Numbered from the whole stretch's first letter, positions 51,176 to 60,277 are shown. The stretch: 60,277 nt of DNA, filler included, from 9 parts of 9 records of this genome joined end to end with filler, not necessarily neighbours in it; one strand, 5' to 3'. Translations and numbers: made by a program. Notes: generated from the sequence alone by a model not told the origin.

Positions 51176-51541
51176 TTAAGCGTCCAGGATGATCTCTTCC
51201 ACCTGACGAAAAAAAGAGGTCAGTTCCTGGAAGGTTTTAGTCAACTCGGCATGTGATTTTTCAAGGGCGGATTCATGGATAATTCCGGACGAATTAAAAT
51301 AGAAAGCCAGTTGGTTCAGGTTGCCACCCACCCTCGATAAATTGGCCCGATATTTTTTTAATTCCTCAACAATTTCTTTCATGGGAATTTCGTTTTTCGG
51401 AGGGCCTTTTTCCAGATAAGCCACCAAAGATTTTTTGACCAGGGCCGAGAGTTTTTCTTCTGATTTTTTTAAATGATCATCTACCATTTCTGAGATTTCA
51501 TTCAGTCTCACCGACCTGGGTCTGTTCGGATCCTTGTTCAT
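51176..51541 (-). CDS. mobC: MobC/NikA-like relaxosome accessory protein (ribbon-helix-helix)
   Basis: RSVRL...LSALVK N-terminus and LSRVGGNLNQLA motif; immediately upstream of the relaxase. Confidence 0.88.
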   Translation of the reverse strand: MNKDPNRPRSVRLNEISEMVDDHLKKSEEKLSALVKKSLVAYLEKGPPKNEIPMKEIVEELKKYRANLSRVGGNLNQLAFYFNSSGIIHESALEKSHAELTKTFQELTSFFRQVEEIILDA

Positions 51542-51661
51542 TTTTTATATCTCGCGTTAGCGGTTTTCAGCATGGGACCCTTTAGGGAAATGCTTTCGGG
51601 GGTTCCCTTTTAAGGGGGGGCGCAGCCCCGTTTTTTGATGCCCGCAGGATAGCAGAAAAAA

Positions 51662-51705
51662 CAGGATATAGCAAATTTGTATTACAATTTGCGTATCCTG
51701 CCAAT
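51662..51705 (+). promoter_or_regulatory. oriT: Origin of transfer (oriT); predicted nick between 51700 and 51701
   Basis: GTATTACAATTTGCGTATCCTG^C matches the MOB-P consensus YATCCTG^Y, lies in an imperfect inverted repeat and sits upstream of mobC. Confidence 0.75.
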
Positions 51706-51880
51706 AGATATTCAACTTTCCGAAACATAAAAGACCTGTTAGTTGAATATCTATTTTTGCCTTTCTTTTGAAAAGGAAGCGCCCATAGGCGGATTATTTT
51801 TTTTAATAAAGGCCCAAATCCTTTGTTAATAGGGCCTTTTCGAGTATGTAACGAGAAAATATCAATCCACAAATCAATTT

Positions 51881-51951
51881 TGTTGCACTCAAAAACCAAT
51901 CTGTTGCACTTCATTTTTGCGCTGTTGCACCTGAATATTGGAGTGTTGCAG
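51881..51951 (+). repeat. Four iteron-like boxes at an exact 21-bp period
   Basis: TGTTGCAC at 51881, 51902 and 51923; TGTTGCAG at 51944. Confidence 0.85.
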
Positions 51952-52075
51952 CCCTGAATTGACGCTGTTTTTCATAAAAACAGGTCAAATAATTAGTTTG
52001 AAACAAAAAAAATAAGCCCTGGCCCACCAGGGCAAGCCAAAAAATAGTTTGGAACGGGGTTTAAATCCCGCCTTC

Positions 52076-52213
52076 GGCCCCACCCATGATAAGCGACGAT
52101 CCAGGGTCACAAGAATAAAAAAAAGATTTTTGATCGGAGATAAAAAATCTTTCAAGCCCTCCGGGTTTTTTTCTTGTAACCCTTCCTCTTACGCTTTTTT
52201 GTTGGGTGGGGTC
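52076..52213. other. Long nested stem-loop (ssDNA element or structured RNA)
   Basis: Paired segments GGCCCCACCCA/TGGGTGGGGTC, AAGCG/CGCTT, AGGGTCACAAGAA/TTCTTGTAACCCT and AAAGATTTTTGATC/GATAAAAAATCTTT. Confidence 0.7.
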
Positions 52214-52316
52214 AGGCCGGAAAATTTCAAAATTTAAAATAGTAATCCCCCCGGGGGTTGCTTTTTAAAAAAGCAAACAAACAGAATTTTAACCCCATAG
52301 AGAAGGATGAAAAATT

Positions 52317-52661
52317 ATGTATGATTTACCGACCGAATTTGATCTAAATTGCCTGCCCAATTTATTCACAAATGAACATATCCCGGCATCGGAGAAAATG
52401 ATTAAAATACACCTTTTTTCATACCAAACAGATTGGTTTATTTGTGAGTATAATCCGCACGTAAAAAATATGTTTGGGATGATGGTTATAAGGGCTGATT
52501 TTGAGCATGCACAATGGGGATATTTTACCTTGCCAGAATTAGAGGATATTGCAGATAATATAATGGAAATCCACTGGAACAAAAGTTTTACCCCAAGGAC
52601 AGTAAGAAACCTGCGACCACTCCGGGTAAATTTTGAAGGGAAAGTAAGAATTTATACTTAA
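52317..52661 (+). CDS. DUF2958-like protein
   Basis: IHLF...DWFICEYNP...MFG...AQWGYFTLPELE...FTP pattern; AAGGA RBS. Confidence 0.7.
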   Translation: MYDLPTEFDLNCLPNLFTNEHIPASEKMIKIHLFSYQTDWFICEYNPHVKNMFGMMVIRADFEHAQWGYFTLPELEDIADNIMEIHWNKSFTPRTVRNLRPLRVNFEGKVRIYT

Positions 52662-52664
52662 TCC

Positions 52665-52717
52665 TTCCCTGGTTGCTGCTCCGGATCTGCGAGTGCAGCG
52701 GGGCAGCATCCAGGGAA
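52665..52717. repeat. GC-rich hairpin with loop CCGGATCTGCGA, copy 2; may also serve as a terminator
   Basis: TTCCCTGG-TTGCTGCTC...GGGCAGCAT-CCAGGGAA stem immediately after the DUF2958 stop codon. Confidence 0.65.
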
Positions 52718-52836
52718 AAAGCGAAAGCGGAGCCAGAAGGGACCGGCCTGTTATTAACAATCGGAATAATTTGGACAATTTTTCCATTCAGTCATTTAAA
52801 GTAATCCCCTCTTTATTCTTTCACATAAATTCCTGG

Positions 52837-53619
52837 TTATCGTGATAGACCCCTGGTCTGAGATTGTTTTGCCCTTTGTTGTTTAAGGCGTTCAACCGCC
52901 GAAAGTTTTTTTTCGGGGGTCGGATATTCCATTTTCCATTCCCTATAGAGTTCTTTATGACAACTTCTGTGAAAATCTATAACAGACTTGGAATCTCCAT
53001 TTCTATATAGCTTCATTAATGCTGTATTATACTCTTTCAATCGTTTTGCAGGGATAGGACAGGGTAATATGCCTTTATCCAAGAAAAGACCGTTCATCAT
53101 GAGATTCCCGGTTCTTTTATTGCCGTCCCAATGGAATTGATTATAAGCATAATCAACAGCCAACTTATAACCCCGTTCACAAATAGGTTTAGTATGGTCG
53201 GAAGCATCTTTAATGGAATTGACGAACAATGTCCTTATTTGCTTTTCATCCTCCGGGGGGTAGTAAGTAAAATCCCCGCTTCTAACAGGAACAGACCCAT
53301 TCCTTATAATTCCGGGCTCCAAGGCTTCATCCTTAGCCGCAATTCCCTCAAGTGTGCATGATGTTTTTTCAGAAAGGTTAAATTTATTTTGTTCAACCAT
53401 TCCAATAAGCTTTTTCCACGCCATTTCTTGCTGTTTTAACTTGTCGTGGTCTGAAATCTTATGCCCCCCAACGGTTACACCTTGAATAAGTGTTTTTACC
53501 TCTGGAAAGGTAAAGGGCATCCCCTCTAATGATTGAAAATCATAGACAAGCTGTGCAAACATCTTTTTTGCAACAAAAATAGCTTTTTTACGATTATCAA
53601 TATTTTTGTTATCCATCAT
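52837..53619 (-). CDS. Fic-domain protein with a degenerate catalytic motif and a basic C-terminal tail
   Basis: NQFHWDGNKRTG versus canonical HPFxDGNGR; N-terminal FQSLEG inhibitory-helix-like motif. Start placed at MMDNK (53619) after AGGAG. Confidence 0.8.
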   Translation of the reverse strand: MMDNKNIDNRKKAIFVAKKMFAQLVYDFQSLEGMPFTFPEVKTLIQGVTVGGHKISDHDKLKQQEMAWKKLIGMVEQNKFNLSEKTSCTLEGIAAKDEALEPGIIRNGSVPVRSGDFTYYPPEDEKQIRTLFVNSIKDASDHTKPICERGYKLAVDYAYNQFHWDGNKRTGNLMMNGLFLDKGILPCPIPAKRLKEYNTALMKLYRNGDSKSVIDFHRSCHKELYREWKMEYPTPEKKLSAVERLKQQRAKQSQTRGLSR

Positions 53620-53814
53620 CTTCTCTCCTGGTCCAGGCCGGTGTTTTTTAGTCTTCAGACCTCGATCAATTCCAATATTGCAGGTTCGTTTCCGGTCCTG
53701 GCTCAACCGGTGTTCAGAACAACGCATCCGGTTAGCAACTATAGTACCGTCACACCAACCACCAGGGCCAATTTCAATTTCAGGTCTTCGGTGTCCGTGG
53801 CCATGACCATACCT

Positions 53815-53988
53815 CTATTTTGTTTCGTTTTTGGCCTGTGCTGCCATGGCTGTGCTTTTCTTTTCAGCCGATGAAATTTTGCCTTTTACTGCTTCTATTA
53901 TGCGTTTTCGTTCTTCGCTTGATTTTTCGGCATATGAGGGGTCCAGTATCATTTTAAAAGCTTGTGTCATTTCTTCGGTTGCGGTCAT
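53815..53988 (-). CDS. Small hypothetical protein (57 aa); not in the ORF track
   Basis: AAAGGA RBS, then MTATEEMTQAFKMILDPSYAEKSSEERKRIIEAVKGKISSAEKKSTAMAAQAKNETK*. Confidence 0.45.
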   Translation of the reverse strand: MTATEEMTQAFKMILDPSYAEKSSEERKRIIEAVKGKISSAEKKSTAMAAQAKNETK

Positions 53989-54023
53989 TTTAGATCCTTT
54001 ATTTTGGTTCAGATTTAAATCTA

Positions 54024-54123
54024 NNNNNNNNNNNNNNNNNNNNNNNNNNNNNNNNNNNNNNNNNNNNTTAATTAATTAANNNNNNNNNNNNNNNNNNNNN
54101 NNNNNNNNNNNNNNNNNNNNNNN
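54024..54123. other. Artificial contig-joining spacer
   Basis: N44-TTAATTAATTAA-N44. Confidence 0.97.
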
Positions 54124-56378
54124 ATCTCATGGGACATATTTGCTAAAAATTCAGATTTTGCTTTTGCACTCTCTTCTGCTTTGAGTTTTGCATCTATAAG
54201 GTTTTGCTCTAATCTTTTTTGTTCTGTTACATCTTTCATACTTACAAAGATTCTTTTTGTATCTTCCATTAAGGAGATACTCATATTTGTAATAAGTTTT
54301 GATCCATCTTTTTTATAACATGTTTTAATAAAATCTTTAATATAGCCATGTTCAACAACATGCTGTAGTGCGTTTCGTATATTTTCAAACTCTGTAGGAT
54401 CACCCAGCTTTTTACAACTTGTCCGTAAAAGCTCCTCTTTAGTATAGCCTGTTATCTCTTGGTATGCATCATTTACATCTAAAAAAGCAGTGGTTTGCAG
54501 ATCTAAAATTGCGAGGCCCTCTTTAGAGGTTTTATAAATAGCTTCAAAGGTACTTTTTTGCTCTTCAATGAGTTTAGTTCTTTGAACAATATTCTCTTCT
54601 AATTTCTCTTTTTCATCTTGTAAAGCTTGATAATATACGATGTTATTCAAAGCATATGAGAGCTGCATAGTAAAGTTATTTAATGCTAAGAGAACGATTC
54701 TATCTTTATCTATTTTTGAATAATGTTGTGTTTGTGCATTTGAGTTTCCAACAATAATAAGTCCATGAGGAATCTCAATATCTCCTCCAATAAGCTCTAA
54801 GTAGGCTTCTTCTAAAAATAAAGATTTTAAGAGATTATGTACATTGGTATTTATATTGTTTTGTGTATGTATAATTGGTTTTGAGTTGATTCGTAGTGAT
54901 TCTATCACCTCTCCTGAAAGTAATAAACTAATGATTTTTAAAATCTGTTGCTCTTTTACAGATTCATACCCTTTAGAGCGAACAACTTTAAACCAACCAT
55001 TGGCATCATCATGTTCAAAGATAATCACTTTTTCAAAGTTTAAAACATCTGTAACAAACTCACACGATAGGGTATAAAGTTCTGAAATCGATAAATTTTC
55101 ATTGATGCTTTTCCCTACTTCATGGAGTTTAGAGTAGATAAATGTTTGATGTTGATTTGCTTTTTGCGCTTCATATGAGGTGACTTTGATAATATTTGAT
55201 AAAGCTTTTATCGTTTTAATATTTGATTCTTCAAACTCATTTATGTTGTTAAAATCATAGGTTTTATGTTCTATGGCAGATGATTCACTAAGGGCTAGCA
55301 TAGTGAGAGTTTGATTCATCAATTCTATATGATTACTAGTAAAAAACTCTCCATAGGTAAAAAATCCAGCTGTGGGAGCTATTTGATTAAAAGGTTTTGT
55401 TTCTTTATCGATATCTTGAGGCATAAACCTTCTTCGTGCCATACATGAATATAAAAAAATCCCCTGAATTGGATAATTTTGAAGCTTTTTTATCTGCTCT
55501 TGTGATGTACGTAAAATTGCTTCAGCATTTCCATATCCAAATTGTACTACATCCCCTTGGAGAAAGTTTCCTGCAAAAACTAAAGAACCATCATTTTCCA
55601 AGGCTACAACTGCTCTTGCAATACTAAGATTGTTTCGTTTGATAATAAGTGGAAACTCGATACTCATACTTAAAACTTCGCTCGCTATCTCATCTCCTAG
55701 ATAATATTTGTAGATATCGATAGCTTTTTGATGGTTTATGGTATAGACTCTATTTTGATCACATTTTGTAATAGTCATATCAAGTCCAATTGGAAGCCAA
55801 TTAAGGTTGTAATCAGTATGGATATGGAGATCTTTATTATTTAAACTAACCCCTACTACCCCTTTTTGAATAATAGTATCTTTTGAAAATACTAAGGTTT
55901 TTATAAATTTTCCATTATCACTTGCTAGTCCGCCAGCTACTTTCACATTTTGATCTATATGTGCAATACCATTTAAAAAGCTTTCAGCATTTGAGTGGAG
56001 TCCATCTATAAAAGAGATAATAAGTTTTGTATTGTTTTGTATGATTTTAGAAGCCATCATTTTTCCAGCTTCAAAATAATCATCATATTGGTCACTAATA
56101 AAAAGCTCTAAAGAGGTATATTCAAATTGTGCAAAACTAATAACTGTATCATCTTGGGAAACATCCCCATCTTTAATAAGACCATCTGTAGTACTTCCAA
56201 TGATAGTTGCTTTATCTATGATTTTGGAGAGTTGTTGTTGTATTTGTGAGATATACTGTTCATCTGTTGATGAGGTAAATACTTGTACCAATAACTTATC
56301 ATTATTTATGATCTGTTGTTGAGAGATAAAACTTTTTAGTTCTTCAAATGAAGAATAATAGGTATTATAAAGTTTCAT
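54124..56378 (-). CDS. FIST (NosP-like)-GAF-PAS sensor histidine kinase, 3'-partial
   Basis: IIGSTTDG, VAGGLASD, YSCMARR, GFFTYGE and NQT FIST motifs, then GAF-like and PAS domains and KSEFLANMSHE at the contig edge. Confidence 0.85.
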
Positions 56379-56593
56379 TAGAGATATACTTCTCGTTTTA
56401 AACAATTATTTTTATTTGGAATAGATTGTATTTTTATTAGACTTACTCTAATTATTTTTTTTTGATAAATTGTAGGTATATGATTTTTACTAAAAGACAA
56501 TTGCATTATATTTGACATAAATAGATTCTATACTCCAATTTTAATAATTTTTATTGTAACAAAATTGATCTTTGAGTTACTTCATTTAAAAAA

Positions 56594-57874
56594 TTATTCT
56601 TTATTTTGAAGTTTTTTCTCTAAAAGCTCAATATGAACTATAAGGTTATAATATTCCCCTTTATATGAAAGTGGTACATGGGTTTTTTGTTGGATAGTTG
56701 CTTTGAGTTGTTCCACCTCTTCTAAAAGCTCTTTTTGATTATACTCTCCTGATTTTAGCTTTTCATTGATAGTATCTAACTTATCATACCATTTAAATAT
56801 TTTTGCTCGAATTGTAAAAATATATAGAGGAATAATACTTTTAAAAAGTGGAAAGATCAACCAAATAATAGGGATAATAAGAAGTTTGAGTCTATCAATA
56901 TTTGAAGCGATCCAATAAGGAAAGATCTTCTCAAGCCAAGATTCACCCTCTAAGATATACAGCTCTGCATCATCATTCATAACGGTATCTACTGAATTCA
57001 TATTGATAAATTCCCCATTTTTTTGGAAAAAGTCTTGTTTTTGATGAATAATATTTACTTTTTTCAAAAAGATCCTAATCAGTTCCCCTTGAAGTCCAGG
57101 CTGTGCAACAAGATTTTGTGTAGTGCTTAGAAGATTGATATCACTTGATGGGATATTTTTATAAAGATCGATACTTCCCTCATAAAGCTTTAGACTTTTT
57201 AAATAATCAAATTTTTGACAGTAAGCATTGGTTCTAGTAATATTCATGATCTCAATTTTTGGATCATCTAAAAGGGCTTGGATAGAAGGGTTGTCTTTTG
57301 TAGCTAAAGTGATAAAAACATCTATCTCGTTGTTTTTAAGCTTTTCTAGAGCCTCATCATCTTGGATATACAGAGGATTGATATTTTCTATGAGTCCATT
57401 TTCTTGTGAAAGTTTTTTGGCTAGATCATAGGTTCCATCATTTGTGATACTAATACCAACATTTTTTCCTGTAGTTTCAATAAGGTAGTTGATTTTATAG
57501 CCATCATTTCTATAAAATATCCAAAGAGGTTCATGATAAACACTTGCTAAGGATTCTATTTGATACTCTCTTTTATTAAGAAGTATTCCACTATGAACAA
57601 AGCCAATATCCACTTTTTTTGTATGAAGATACCCTAAAGTATCTAAGCTTCCATTGGTTGGAATTACATTTAATTCAACCCCTTCATCTTTTAAAAGAGC
57701 TTTATATGAAAGAGCATAAGCATAGCTATCACTTCCAATTGAAGCAGTAGCAATAGATAAAGACATTTTAGCTGCAGGCTTTGTTATTTGGATATAAAAA
57801 AATACAAATATAAAAAGAAGTAGGGCTATTACTAACCAAAGCTTCGAGAGATTATTATTAAAAGAAAGTGACAT
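56594..57874 (-). CDS. TAXI-family solute-binding protein with a C-terminal membrane segment
   Basis: SIATAS...TNGSLD...DIGFVHSG...LASVYHEPLWIFYR; C-terminal PYWIASNIDRL and IFKWY. Confidence 0.8.
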   Translation of the reverse strand: MSLSFNNNLSKLWLVIALLLFIFVFFYIQITKPAAKMSLSIATASIGSDSYAYALSYKALLKDEGVELNVIPTNGSLDTLGYLHTKKVDIGFVHSGILLNKREYQIESLASVYHEPLWIFYRNDGYKINYLIETTGKNVGISITNDGTYDLAKKLSQENGLIENINPLYIQDDEALEKLKNNEIDVFITLATKDNPSIQALLDDPKIEIMNITRTNAYCQKFDYLKSLKLYEGSIDLYKNIPSSDINLLSTTQNLVAQPGLQGELIRIFLKKVNIIHQKQDFFQKNGEFINMNSVDTVMNDDAELYILEGESWLEKIFPYWIASNIDRLKLLIIPIIWLIFPLFKSIIPLYIFTIRAKIFKWYDKLDTINEKLKSGEYNQKELLEEVEQLKATIQQKTHVPLSYKGEYYNLIVHIELLEKKLQNKE

Positions 57875-58231
57875 GTATATTCCTATATAAGTATTGTATT
57901 ATATCAATAAATTGTATTCAAAAAATACTTAAGTAAGATAGCTATAAAACTTAACATATACTTAATTGTAAATATATTTTATTATATTTTTCGTCTAACT
58001 ATTTTACTTAGAGTGATTTAAATGTAAATAAATAATAGTTTTAAAAGCTTTAAAAAAGGCTATTCTTTTGTTTTTTTGTAAAATATAATAATTAAATTGT
58101 TTTTATACTATAAGATTTTTTGATACTTTATTCTTAAAATCACTTAAGAAATAGATAAGAAATATTGATCTAACATAAGTAATTCATAGAAAAATTTTCT
58201 TTTTAAAGATACTTTTTCATAAGGAGTAATT

Positions 58232-59182
58232 ATGTCTGTTTCTGAAGTAAATAAGAAAATGTATTACTTAATTGATAAGATCATTATTGATACAAATAAT
58301 GTATTAAATTTTGATCTATTTCAAAAAGCTGCTAATAAAAAACTCACTTTAGTATATAAAAAAAATACACCACTAACAAAAGAGCTTACAAGCTCTTTAA
58401 TATCTATAAACTCTTTATATGTTTTTGAACAGCAGAGGGAGTTATATGAGAGTTTTCATAGAGAATTTATCAATGCAAAAGTTGTTTCAAAAAAAATGTA
58501 TAGTGTATATAAAGATGTGAGCAAGTATGTATCTGAACTTTTTGAAAATCCTGAATCTATGGAGAATCTTCAAAATGCCAAAGAAAATGTTACAAATATG
58601 GTTTCAACGATATTAGAAGATGATTTTACTGTTTCATCTTTTTTGCAGATATTGGCATATGATTATTATACCCATACCCACTCATTAAATGTAAGTGTAT
58701 ATGCAATTTGTCTAGGAAAATATTTAAAGATGGGAGAGAGTGAACTTGAAGAGCTAGGAACATCAGCACTTCTTCATGATATAGGAAAAAGTAAAATTGA
58801 TAGTGCCATTATCAATAAAAATGGAAAACTTACCAATAAAGAGTTTAAACTTGTACAAGAGCATCCTTGGCTTGGCTGGGATATATTAGCTAGAATGGGA
58901 ATTAAAAATAAAAATATTTTAGCAGGAGTGAGAAACCATCATGAAAAAATGGATGGAACAGGATATCCTGATAGACTAGAGGGTAAAAATATTCATTTAT
59001 ATGCAAGGATTATTGGGATATGTGATGTATTTGATGCACTTACTACAAAGAGAAGTTACAAAGATCCTGTAAGTACATTTAATACCTTATTGATGATGAA
59101 AAAGGATATGAAAGATCATCTTGATGAAAGATTAGTTAATAGATTTATTCTAATGTTTAGAGAGGAGAATGATATAGCGTAA
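58232..59182 (+). CDS. HD-GYP cyclic-dinucleotide phosphodiesterase
   Basis: YTHTHSLNV, LLHDIGK, HHEKMDGTGYP and DVFDALTTKRSYK. Confidence 0.9.
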   Translation: MSVSEVNKKMYYLIDKIIIDTNNVLNFDLFQKAANKKLTLVYKKNTPLTKELTSSLISINSLYVFEQQRELYESFHREFINAKVVSKKMYSVYKDVSKYVSELFENPESMENLQNAKENVTNMVSTILEDDFTVSSFLQILAYDYYTHTHSLNVSVYAICLGKYLKMGESELEELGTSALLHDIGKSKIDSAIINKNGKLTNKEFKLVQEHPWLGWDILARMGIKNKNILAGVRNHHEKMDGTGYPDRLEGKNIHLYARIIGICDVFDALTTKRSYKDPVSTFNTLLMMKKDMKDHLDERLVNRFILMFREENDIA

Positions 59183-59190
59183 TTGCTTAA

Positions 59191-60277
59191 TCAATTTTCA
59201 TCTAAAAGTTGAAGTGCCTGATCAAACTTATAACTATTGACTAAGTTTTGAATCTCTTTAAGTATAGAAGATGATCTTTCATCTAATTGATAAGAAGATA
59301 ACTCTTGAAGTTTCTCTTTTATAGGTTTTGGTTTTTTTGTATTGAGTTCTTTTTTGAGATCATCAAAAAGTGTTTCTATATGCTCTTTTGTAGATTGTTG
59401 CTTTTCTATCATCTCTTCAGTTAGCTCTTTGGGTAATAATTGAGAAATCTCTTGCAATACTAAAGAGAGTTCATCTACTATATTATGAAGAAGTTCTTTA
59501 TTCTCAGTAGTTTCAAAATCACTGAGCAAGGAGTAGAGTTTTTTTGCACCCAAATTTCCACTGAGGCTTTTTAGAGTATGGATAAAAATAGGATCGGTAT
59601 TTTTTATAATATCTACTTCTTTATAAGAATCATAAAAACGTTTTAAAGTTTTAAAGTAAAGCTCTTTATTATTATCTAAATAGGAAAGTGCTACTTGTGT
59701 ATCAATAATCATACCATTTGTTTTATCTCCTAACACAAAGTTTAAAGAGTTGTTTTTTGAAAGGTATTTGACAAGCACTTTATAAAGTGTAGTGATATTG
59801 ATAGGTTTATTGATATGTTCATTCATCCCTGATGCTTTAGATTTTTTAACTGTATCTTCCATCACATTACCACTGAGTGCAATAATTGGAATATCTGTAT
59901 CTAACTCTCTGATAGCTTTTGTTGCCACAAAACCATCCATTATCGGCATTTGAATATCCATCAAGATAAGGTCATATTTATTTTGAGGATTTTGGAATTT
60001 TTCAATCGCCTCTTGTCCATTTACAGCTTCTTCAGTTTTTATACCTACAGAGTGAAGTAAGGAGCAAATGATCTCAATATTGATATCATTATCTTCAACT
60101 ACAAGTATAGTAGTCTCACCTAAAGAAAGGATTTCATTTTTTAAGCTTTGTAGATCATTGTCTTGGTCTGGGATATTAATCTCATTTTTATCTCCTGGCT
60201 TTAGATCGATCTCAAAAATAAACTCACTCCCTACACCAATTTCGCTTTCTACCCAAATCTTTCCATTCATAAGTTCA
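59191..60277 (-). CDS. Hybrid sensor kinase C-terminus (end of HATPase, receiver, Hpt), 5'-partial
   Basis: MNGKIWVESEIGVGSEF, VEDND...LMDIQMP...KP, and Hpt motif HTLKSLSGNLGA. Confidence 0.9.
   Translation of the reverse strand, partial: ELMNGKIWVESEIGVGSEFIFEIDLKPGDKNEINIPDQDNDLQSLKNEILSLGETTILVVEDNDINIEIICSLLHSVGIKTEEAVNGQEAIEKFQNPQNKYDLILMDIQMPIMDGFVATKAIRELDTDIPIIALSGNVMEDTVKKSKASGMNEHINKPINITTLYKVLVKYLSKNNSLNFVLGDKTNGMIIDTQVALSYLDNNKELYFKTLKRFYDSYKEVDIIKNTDPIFIHTLKSLSGNLGAKKLYSLLSDFETTENKELLHNIVDELSLVLQEISQLLPKELTEEMIEKQQSTKEHIETLFDDLKKELNTKKPKPIKEKLQELSSYQLDERSSSILKEIQNLVNSYKFDQALQLLDEN

Larger units (their letters stand above)
48823..54023. mobile_element. Fragment of a mobilisable or conjugative plasmid, or an integrative element (MOB-P)
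   Basis: Relaxase, MobC, oriT-like nic site, DUF2958 and Fic genes on one contig. Confidence 0.88.

Noticed and set aside
51582..52237. ORFs 51582-51914 and 52049-52237 as genes
   Set aside because: They overlap the oriT, repeat and hairpin region and lack convincing RBSs or protein-like features.
5702..54123. Eight recurring TTAATTAATTAA elements within N runs
   Set aside because: They are identical 100-bp artificial joiners, not biological repeats. Gene adjacency across them and ORF ends reading X...LIN are artefacts.
54124..60277. The two minus-strand kinase fragments at the ends of contig 9 as one circularly permuted gene
   Set aside because: No terminal overlap is visible, the middle of the kinase is missing, and the right end is simply the window boundary.

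Overview
The window is not one locus. It is nine unrelated contigs joined by identical 100-bp spacers (N44-TTAATTAATTAA-N44), so gene neighbourhoods only mean something inside a contig. Taxonomic labels below come from protein and composition impressions only. (1) 1-5701, Bacteroidetes-like: TamB-type protein, NhaD antiporter, ExbB/TolQ. (2) 5802-15425, Desulfobacterota-like: fused CoA-activase/dehydratase protein, GlxA-type AraC regulator, FAH-family protein, cyclase, amidohydrolase, PAS protein. (3) 15526-23297, Desulfovibrionaceae-like: aspS, hisS, DUF2628, secreted caspase-family protein, nifU-nifS-cysK-cysE. (4) 23398-30144: a 1898-aa PilY1 with PA14 and sheath/flagellin-like inserts, plus a GspE/PilB ATPase. 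(5) 30245-35519: one large SnoaL + 7xGAF-like histidine kinase; both contig ends carry the same 28 bp. (6) 35620-42059, Campylobacterota-like: soxW-like/dsbD and sqr-like/DUF1641 on either side of a two-component system, with matching 11-bp-periodic promoter boxes. (7) 42160-48722: cooC, small accessory genes and two gene remnants. (8) 48823-54023: a mobilisable element with MOB-P relaxase, MobC, an R64/RP4-like oriT, two periodic repeat arrays, structured hairpins, DUF2958 and a non-canonical Fic protein. (9) 54124-60277, Campylobacterota-like: FIST kinase, TAXI protein, HD-GYP protein, hybrid kinase. I found no rRNA, tRNA or CRISPR array. The best leads are the plasmid-like contig (8), the shared promoter architecture in contig 6, the tandem poly-GAF kinase (5) and the PilY1 inserts (4). 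All family calls rest on motif recognition, not database searches.
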